Below the pieces are notes generated by a model, which saw nothing but the letters and a program-made list of their open reading frames with translations, was not told the origin of the DNA and ran no database searches. Of a DNA stretch of 64,000 nucleotides, positions 54,729 to 64,000 are shown piece after piece (the stretch's first letter is position 1; the number at the start of each line of letters is the position of its first letter). A program made the translations under genes and the position numbers. Source of the DNA: Octopus vulgaris (lineage: Eukaryota); contig OX597821.1 in the NCBI GenBank assembly GCA_951406725.2, positions 105,090,001 to 105,154,000 on the forward strand, written 5' to 3'.

Positions 54729-54925
54729 AGGCGGTGAAATGGCAGAAACATTACCACTCCGGGCGAAATACTTAGCGATATTTTATCTGTCTGTACGCTC
54801 TGAGTTCAAATTTCTCCCGAGGTCACCTTTGCCTTTCATCCTTTCCGGTTCCATAAATTATGTACCAGTTGCGTACTGGCGACTATCTAATCATCCACAA
54901 AATTTTCGGGCTTTGTTCCTAGAAC
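54729..54925 (+). mobile_element. SINE family A
   Basis: GGCGGTGAAATGGCAGAAAC...GAGTTCAAAT...GCCTTTCATCCTTTCCGG. Confidence 0.75.
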
Positions 54926-57597
54926 AGAAAATAATTCCAAAAGAATTCGAGCAAAATCAATAAGCAGGTCAGCGGAAATAGTGTAAGATGAATCTAAAGA
55001 ATAAAGAAGAGGCAATACACGTAGCTTCCTCTGTTTATGGTCGGTACCTAAGAAAGATAACTTTCACCTTTCGATACTAATAGGAAGAAGAATTTTGAAT
55101 TTGAAATTAAGGAAAATATATCATAATATGTGTATTGCTGTCATATCTAAATCTAGCACTTATGTTCTTACAATTTCTGTTTTGTAACAACGATGTATAC
55201 TGCTATTTACTTCTTTGTACAAATATTGAGTATGTTTTAACCAACCTATACTTCATTAAATATATTACGCAGCGCGGTGTTTCCTTAATGCTGCAATTAA
55301 ATAAAATATGCAGAAAGGAGAAGAAGAAAATAATTCTTCAATGTTTATAAGCAGCAATTCTTTAGCTTTTGTAGCCATTTACTATGGAATTCTAGTGCCT
55401 GAATATGTCTTATACTATTCAGTAGTTTCGGCGTTAGTAGCGAACGATTTCACATCTTTCCGCGTTATTGTTTTATTGATGTAATCGTTCGAGTAATCGA
55501 AAAACGATACGCTCTTAAACACACATACCCGGGTGATCATTAAACATTTAAAGGGGGTGTCTCATGTGACATGTAGAAGTATTTAAATACACGTGACGCC
55601 CTCTGGCGATACGTTTTAAAACAAGGGAGATAAATGTCGCGACATCAAGCGGGAATGCTAATTAGAATTTGGAATTGTGGAATTTGCGGAAGATATTCAA
55701 TTAGCCAATGAAAGACCGTAACATAAGTAACAAGACAATCGAATATTCTATGATATCCTTACACTCACACATCTCCCCACAAAAATAAAATAAATATTAG
55801 AATTCAGGACCTACGTCATATTCCCGCTGGGACATTAGAAAAAGGTTTCAAACCACACACATACTCTTTCTCTTCCACAAACACAAACACGCACACACGT
55901 AGACTCTCTCCCTCTTTTACACACGCACATACATACACATGAATACATGCATATACTGACATATTTATATAAAGTTTATAGCAAAACGCAAAGCCAATTA
56001 TTAGAATATATTTTATGCACAATGAAATTTAGTAGTGCATATATTACTATCATGCGATAGATTGAAACCTGATGTAGAACTTTTAGTGCACCTACCGAAA
56101 TGTATAATTCATACGCCAGTATAACTTGAACATCATATGTAAATTTCCATTGAAATATATTGTAAGTTAGGGGAGGAGATTATGACGTTGTCTTGCATTG
56201 TAATCTATAGCAGGTCAACTTTTCAATTCCTGTGGTAAGTTATTAAACATTTATCAATACATATTACTTTCATTTTATCGCTTGTATTAAGTAAAACTGG
56301 TGTAGCTGTCCCACTGTATTTTCAAACTGGAAAACATCTTACCTTGATATATTTGAGAAAAGAACAAAATATTGGAACCAAAGTATAAACGTGTGATAAA
56401 ATGTTTCCATATCGTAGGCATATATATTAAAAGAAATTCTACTTCAGAAAAGTGTAACATATAAGAGGAAACATATATTCGCGACTGTGATAAATGCAAC
56501 ACATAGCATAACAGAAGCGCAAAATAGTTGTTTGTTAAATTAAATGGAATCGATATACGACATATCAGAAGCAATTCCACTCAAGATGGCGTCCCATGTG
56601 AGCGAATTATTTATTGTTATATAGTCTTTACATACGCAGTTGTTCGTCATCATTTCAACAAGTTTGAAAGGAAATTTTCAAAATTTCATTGTAGAGTGTC
56701 GAAAGCACAAAGCTGTAATTAGTTCAATGTTTGATATTCAACTTAGTCTCATTAATCATAGTCAGTTGGTACGATGCAGGACACTAGATTGTCAATTATT
56801 AGTAGTAGTATGAATGAAGGTTGTTGGAAGATTGTGGCTGCCGTTGATGGTAAAATGCATGTTCAGTAATTCCTTGATTTACATATTGCTGTAATAATAA
56901 TCTCCATGGAAAAGTCATCGAGAAAATCCGATAAATGGAAGCAATGTAAAGAAACGACCACTTAAGAAAACAACAGATCCTTACCGAGAGATATTTGATG
57001 GCACGTAGTGTATCCTTTTATAAGAGCCAAATTATTCTATAATAATAAGTGCCAAATTTTTCTATAATATGTAATTGATTTGAATGTCTTCTTTGAAAAC
57101 ATGTGCCGTTTTATCTCTAACAAAAGCACAATGAATATATCTATGAGTACAAAAATTTTCCAGAATGTATAAAGACCTTCAAGATTTAACTTAGATATTT
57201 ATCTTAGTATTTTTGTTCCATTTCAAAGAAATCAGAAACAGTCAAGTCAGTTAAATCCCCGACGTTGTATAAAACATTTAGCTTTCTTTACGGTAAAAAA
57301 TTTAGTGCAGAAAGAAATATAAAGACTTTAACATGCATCTTATGCTGAAGCCTATTTAGAATTATCTAGTTCTGTTTTGCATTCTGTAAACACAAAATTG
57401 TCTGCATGGTTACGTGCCCGAAATTGCATGCGCGAGCACTGCTTTTCTGCATCAGTGTTATTATATGCCAGCAATTGAGTGTTTAGGATTAACTGTAATA
57501 AGTATTTCTAAATATATACAGGCAACACAGACCTGCATTGAATACATACACAATAGAACATAATTTCAATTTTCAAATCGACAGCAAAAACAAGAGC

Positions 57598-57635
57598 CAT
57601 GATGATGATGATAATGGTGATGGTGATAATAATGA

Positions 57636-57680
<45 letters not shown>

Positions 57681-57704
57681 AACTACTACTACTACTACTA
57701 CTAC

Positions 57705-57759
<55 letters not shown>

Positions 57760-57761
57760 TA

Positions 57762-57814
<53 letters not shown>

Positions 57815-57832
57815 GTGTGTGTGTGTGTGTAT
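57598..57832. repeat. Compound (GAT)(ACT)(AAT)(TA)(TG) microsatellite
   Basis: Direct reading. Confidence 0.95.
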
Positions 57833-57959
57833 AATGACTATGATAATACGAAGATGAAGTAATATATTCACTAACATGACAGAGTTGGGAGTTAATACAC
57901 TATGAAATAACAACAGAGAAAAGATGATATAGGCACACGCAAGAAAAAGGTCACAGAAG

Positions 57960-58706
57960 GGACCAGTCGATTAGATCGACCTCAGTACGCAGCTAGTACT
58001 TAATTTATCGACCCCGAATAGATGAAAGGCAAAGTCGATCTCAGAGGAATTTGAACTCAGAACGTAAACACAGACGAAATACCTATTCCTTTAATGCCCA
58101 GAAGTGCTACGCACAGAGGAGACAAACTAGGAGAGACAAACGGATTACGTCGTTTTTATCGACACCAGTGCGAAACTGGTACTTATTTAATCGACACCAA
58201 AAGGATGAAAGGCAAAGTCGACCTCGGTGGAATTTGAACTCAGAACGTAGCGGCAGGCGAAATACCTTTTTCTTTACTACCCACAAGGGGCTAAATACAG
58301 AGGAGACAAAGAAGGACAGACAGACGGATGAAGTCGATTATATCGACCCTAGTGCGTAACTGGTACTTAATTTATCGACACCGAAAGGATGAAAGGCAAA
58401 GTCGACCTCGTCGGAATTTGAACTCAGAACGTAAGAGCAGACGAAATACCGATAAACATATCGCCCGGCGTGCTAACATTTCTGCCAGCTCTCCGCCTTG
58501 TCATAATAATCCTCTCTGCTAGAAGCACAATGACTCAAATTTGGGAGAATGGATTAAGTAGATGACATCGTACTTGTTTAATCTACTCCGAAACGATGAA
58601 AGGCATAGTCAACCTCGGTGGAGTTTGACCTCTGAACATAGTGAAGAGCTAAATATCGCTAAGCATTTCGGCTGATGTGCTAACGATTCCGCTAGCACGT
58701 CGCTTT
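57960..58706 (-). mobile_element. Head-to-tail array of four SINE family A units
   Basis: The core GATGAAAGGCAAAGTCGAC/TC...GAATTTGAACTCAGAACGTA recurs at ~58021, 58204, 58388 and 58595. Only the last two units keep the tRNA head. Confidence 0.85.
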
Positions 58707-59051
58707 CCAATATGCGAGATTTCTTCCTAACACTGCTTCGCTTCTATGATTACGAAATAAAGGGATGACTGGCAATTGTAGTCGAGCGCGACAGCACCAC
58801 GAAGCTGAATTATGCTTTTCCGACTTTCTTTAGTAGAAATCAATAAATATTTGAATTTTCGGAGTCCACAGTCATATCAACTTATAATCATTCTTCCGTA
58901 TTTAGAAATGCCTGGAATATATAATTAGTCTACCCTATTTAAAAACGATTGTATAAAAGGCTCTGACACAAGCATCCGTGTTCATTCTCAGCAATTGAAC
59001 ATGAACAACAACACGGACAATCCTCGAAATATTATAGTCAAACTCGATTGG

Positions 59052-59808
59052 ACGAGGGAGTACCAAAAGGTTCCCAGACTAGTTATCTTTAATAAAACAA
59101 GTCATTTGCTTAACAGCATCTCCTTTGAAATAGTCACCTTGCGCAACAATACGCCGCTCCTAGTGCTTTTTCCACTTTTGGAATACGAACTAGTCGTTTT
59201 CCGTAAGCGATTCTCTTTGGATCTCGACAACAGTTTTGTATTGTTTTTGGCGAGAAACTCACGTGCAAGGAGAACTTGGTGACTGGGTGCATTGCCGTGT
59301 GAAGATTACAATTCGGTCGCTTTCACCGATTGTTTTCCATCGAACGCTTCAAAACGTCGCTGCAGATTTCTCTATTGACGGCCTGGCTCTGAGAGGACGA
59401 ATTCTATATGCACAATATCACATTTCCATGAGAAAATCTCACGGCAAGTCTTCCACATTTCTCAATGTTTTACATGGACGTCCTTCCGCTTTTGAAGCGC
59501 CAGTGCCCCTCGAAATATTGCCCACGACCACTGCCGCATCTCTATAACGTAAGTTGCTGACGCATGTTCAATGGTTCTGTGCCAATATGCCCAAGTTTAA
59601 CGCAGAATTTTCGCATTGGTTTTTGGTTCCTGCCGATGAAAAATCGCAAACTACAGCATACACGTGATTATGAATACACAAATTCCACAACTTACCAAGT
59701 AAAACACAGCAATGTCACTCAGCACCCGGCCACATGAGGGTCACTCCTGGTTCTCACTCTGTTAGTGTGCTGCAGAACTAGTCCAGGAATCTTTCGATGC
59801 CACCTAAT
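59052..59808. mobile_element. Non-autonomous mariner-like element with TIRs
   Basis: Left ACGAGGGAGTACCAAAAGGTTCCCAGACTAGTT against the right-end reverse complement TAGGTGGCATCGAAAGATTCCTGGACTAGTT. Confidence 0.55.
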
Positions 59809-60737
59809 GAGCGACCGAAATTTGAAATTTTTTAAAATCCAATGTGTTGTAGGTTTACTTATTCATAAAGCAGAATTTGATAGTCATTCCAAAATGAACA
59901 AAATTCTTATCTCCATTTTCTTTTCTTCCGAAATATCTGCTGATTTTAAAATTATATATTACATTTCTAATAGAATTCTGTCAACTTATATAAATATTTT
60001 CAAGTTTTAATATAATATATATTTTACTGACTGTTGTTCATCAATACATCATATAGTGTGTTTAGCGAAGAAAAGTATTTTACTTGCAAATTTTTCATTA
60101 CTTTATAATATCCTGTATTTCTAATAGAATTCTGATTAGTTAAATAATCTTTTTCCCATTCCAAATATATATTTTACTAACTAGTATTCATCAATAGACC
60201 ATAAAACGCACGTAATGAAATAGATATTTTACATACGCCATTGAAAAATAATTTGTTCTTCCTAAAATAAAACAAATATGAAGTGGAAATGCTATTTAGT
60301 TGTAGTTTGGGTTATAGAAAGAAATTGTGACGCATTCCAACATTTAGTCGTTTTTTTAAAAACTGAAATCACACCGTAATTCTTCTATTTTACTCGAAAG
60401 TGTGTGTAATGAAACAATTACAGCTGCACCATATTCAGCAGCATTTAGTAGGCCTGTGAATAACACTCAGAGCACAAAAGATAATATTAATCACGGATTG
60501 AATATCATTGATCGCACCGGCAAACATATTCGTCGACCGATTTCTTGAAAGATAGATGTGTGAAATACTGCATATGAATATGTATTGGAATTTAAGTAAT
60601 TAATAATTTAAGCGGAATTTTGGACGCTCAAGAATTTTAGTAGATCTTGGCGCATACAAATAATATGCTAATATAATTGTCACTGCATTATACATATCAG
60701 GGTATGTGTATATGAGTATGTGGATATGTGTCTGGAT

Positions 60738-60971
60738 TAAGGCGGCGATCTGTCAGAAACGTTAGCACGCCGGGCAAAATGCTTAGCAGTATGTCGTCTG
60801 CCGTTACGTTCAGGAGTTCAAATTCCGCCGAGGTGAACTGTTCCTTTCATTCTTTCGGGATCGATAAATTAAGTACCAGTTACGCAATGGGATCGATGTA
60901 ATCTACTTAATCCCTTTGTCTGTCCTAGTTTTTCACCTCTATGTTTAGCCGCTTGTAGGCAATAAAGAAAT
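60738..60971 (+). mobile_element. Full-length SINE family A with target-site duplication
   Basis: tRNA head, B box GAGTTCAAATTCC, core and AATAAAGAAA tail. Flanks TGGATATGTGTCTGGAT (60721-60737) and TGAATATGTGTCTTGAT (60972-60988) match at 15/17. Confidence 0.85.
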
Positions 60972-61283
60972 TGAATATGTGTCTTGATATGGGCATGTGT
61001 GCGTGCTAATGTGGGCGTATACATACAGGTATGCATGAAGCTTGTTTATATGCCTATACGATGTTTATGTAAAAGCTACATGGAAATACGTGTAATTGAA
61101 TGACTGCATATATTTAAGTCGATAGTTACAAAATATTACACATTGAGTGTAGTGCATATTTACATATGTATTCATGTAACTGTCCTCTTTCCCAACGTAG
61201 TATGATTAGTAATAACTTCAATGAGAAACTAAGGTTTGCGTACTTCATTTATTCATAAATTTATTTACTTTAATATTATATAA

Positions 61284-61343
<60 letters not shown>

Positions 61344-61665
61344 TGAAACAATATTATGAAAACGAATTATCACGTAATTGAATCCTCATCTGATCATTAT
61401 TATACTGTTTCAGTATAAGTTCTTTCGGAACGCTAGAAATTCGAAGAAATCATATATAATATAATTTAAATGTTTATAGCTTCAAATTAATTTTTCGTTG
61501 CATGGATGTATTTAATTAGCAACAAAAACACAGATTATTTACTACATTAATAAACACATTAAATAAAACACCTCATTCTATCGTTATCTATACAACGTGC
61601 ATTAAATATTGCTAGGTGTTCTGGAAAAGTTTCACTCATGTACACATATGGATGCAGATGCAGGA

Positions 61666-62362
<697 letters not shown>

Positions 62363-62462
62363 TGAATACACACAAACATGCACACACAGACCTGATGTTC
62401 GAGTGACGAATGATAGTATTAGTTTATTTCAATAATGTAAAATTGTAAGTATTGCAAATAAT

Positions 62463-63130
62463 GCGACGGGGTTCCAGAAAGTAATAGGAAACATTATATG
62501 TGGGGCAAACCCGCAGTATTTCGGGCTTTGGCCGTGAGAAGCCAGATGATGCGACCTGCAGGCATCAGTCTCCCGATCGGCGTCATCTTCTCAACTTGTA
62601 ATGCCACGTGTCGAGTCTTTGTTTTACAGTCCTTCTACCATCTTCGTCGCTGGAACGAAGGAACAGCGAGCTTCCGTGAAATTCTGTTTTTTCTTTTGTG
62701 AAGAAAACGGCAGCCGAAACAGCTTTCATGATTCAAACAGCTTACAAGATGGCTGCCTTGAGCAAATCCCAAATTTACAGTGGTTTACACACTTTGTGAA
62801 TGGTGATGTGTCGCTTGAAGACCAACCACCTTCAGGATGACCGTCGTATGAAAACACCATTGAAAATTCGTGAAATGAACTTGGAGGATATTAACTGAAC
62901 CATTGATGAAATTTTTCATATGAATGGTATGTGCTGGATCTCCTAGCAATGAATTTTGAGCGTGGATTAGCAAATGAAAAGAGTTGCAGCATAATTTGTG
63001 CCTTGCTTGCTCACGGAACATCAAAAGTAGTCACAACCGAATGAGTGCCGTGAACTGTAAGAACAGATTGAAGTTGATCCGGTCCTTTTATAAAAAGTCA
63101 TCACTAGTGGTAGAACCTGGTGCTACGGAA
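62463..63130 (+). mobile_element. Mariner transposon 5' remnant (HTH to first catalytic D region)
   Basis: EQRASVKFCF, QTAYK, WFTHFVNGDVSLEDQPPSG*PS, VAA*FVPCLLTEHQK, and KVITSGRTWCYG (decayed TGDETW). Confidence 0.8.
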
Positions 63131-63531
63131 TTTACAGTTTCCAGCACTCCTTCGAATTGCAGAAAACCCGGCTGGACCGATGCATTGCTTCAAATGGAGG
63201 AAAACTTTCAAGGCGACAAAATGTAAGCATCTACAACCAACTGCAAACATAACATTGCAAGGATCCGGTTTATGTTTGGTACCCCCATGCAAATCCGGAA
63301 AATCACACTAAGCTGGAATCTAATTGATTAATATACTCTTCTATACAATAGCATACAAAATTGTATATCTATGTATTTTTTATCTATTTATCAATCTATC
63401 CATCCATCCATACATTTAGTTACGTATATGTCTGTCCGTCTGTCTCTCTTTCTCTCTCTCTACAGACACACAAACACACACACACACACACAAACACACA
63501 GACAGACACACAAACACAAACACACAGACAG

Positions 63532-63570
<39 letters not shown>

Positions 63571-64000
63571 AATGATAAGGATAAACATTGATTGATGTTA
63601 ATCAATAAGAACCAGTGGCTTAGCATATTTAAACATCCGAAAATTAAGAATTGTGTTACATAGAGGAATGACAACTAAAGTGGATACTCTATATGCTAAA
63701 CATAGACGTCAAGTCACCATTACCACGAAGAATGTTTTCTCAAGAAAAAAAAAACTCAGTAAAACGCCAAATTTTAAAAATGAGCAAGACAAATGAAAAC
63801 ATACGAAAAATAAATCGATTACCTACGTACCATTGCTTTCACTTGTAATCATCGACGTATATAAACACGTAGATATATGTAAGTCGTGTGTGTATGTAGG
63901 AGGAGTGGTCTTTATGGAATCCTGTTTATTTTTTTCATACCAAAAATATGTATATGTGTGTCCATATACAATTCGGTATAAAACTGCAATATCGTTCCTG

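Noticed and set aside
59955-60231. Diverged ~155-bp tandem duplication (a 50-bp one also occurs at 897-1038)
   Set aside because: Ordinary local duplication in AT-rich DNA with no sign of function.

Overview
This is AT-rich eukaryotic DNA full of microsatellites. The repeat repertoire (tRNA-derived SINEs, (AAT)n-associated R4/Dong LINEs, long (TA)n tracts) suggests an octopus or other coleoid cephalopod intergenic or intronic region; the taxon is an inference. I find no intact host gene and no intact transposon ORF, and nearly all listed ORFs are microsatellite translations or pieces of decayed elements. Recognisable remnants are R4/Dong, HERO-like, RTE and CR1/L2-type LINEs, Tc1 and mariner fossils, two MITEs and many SINEs. 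The most notable signal is a set of short non-coding Penelope-like termini, usually next to (TA)n tracts, from at least five unrelated sequence families. They carry type I hammerhead ribozyme folds, several arranged as fold-back palindromes (15905-16286, 37993-38288, 46818-46995, partly 33950-34461). One family has a G3:C8-swapped catalytic core and another an A6U core. All folds and alignments were done by eye, and the boundaries of degenerate elements are approximate.
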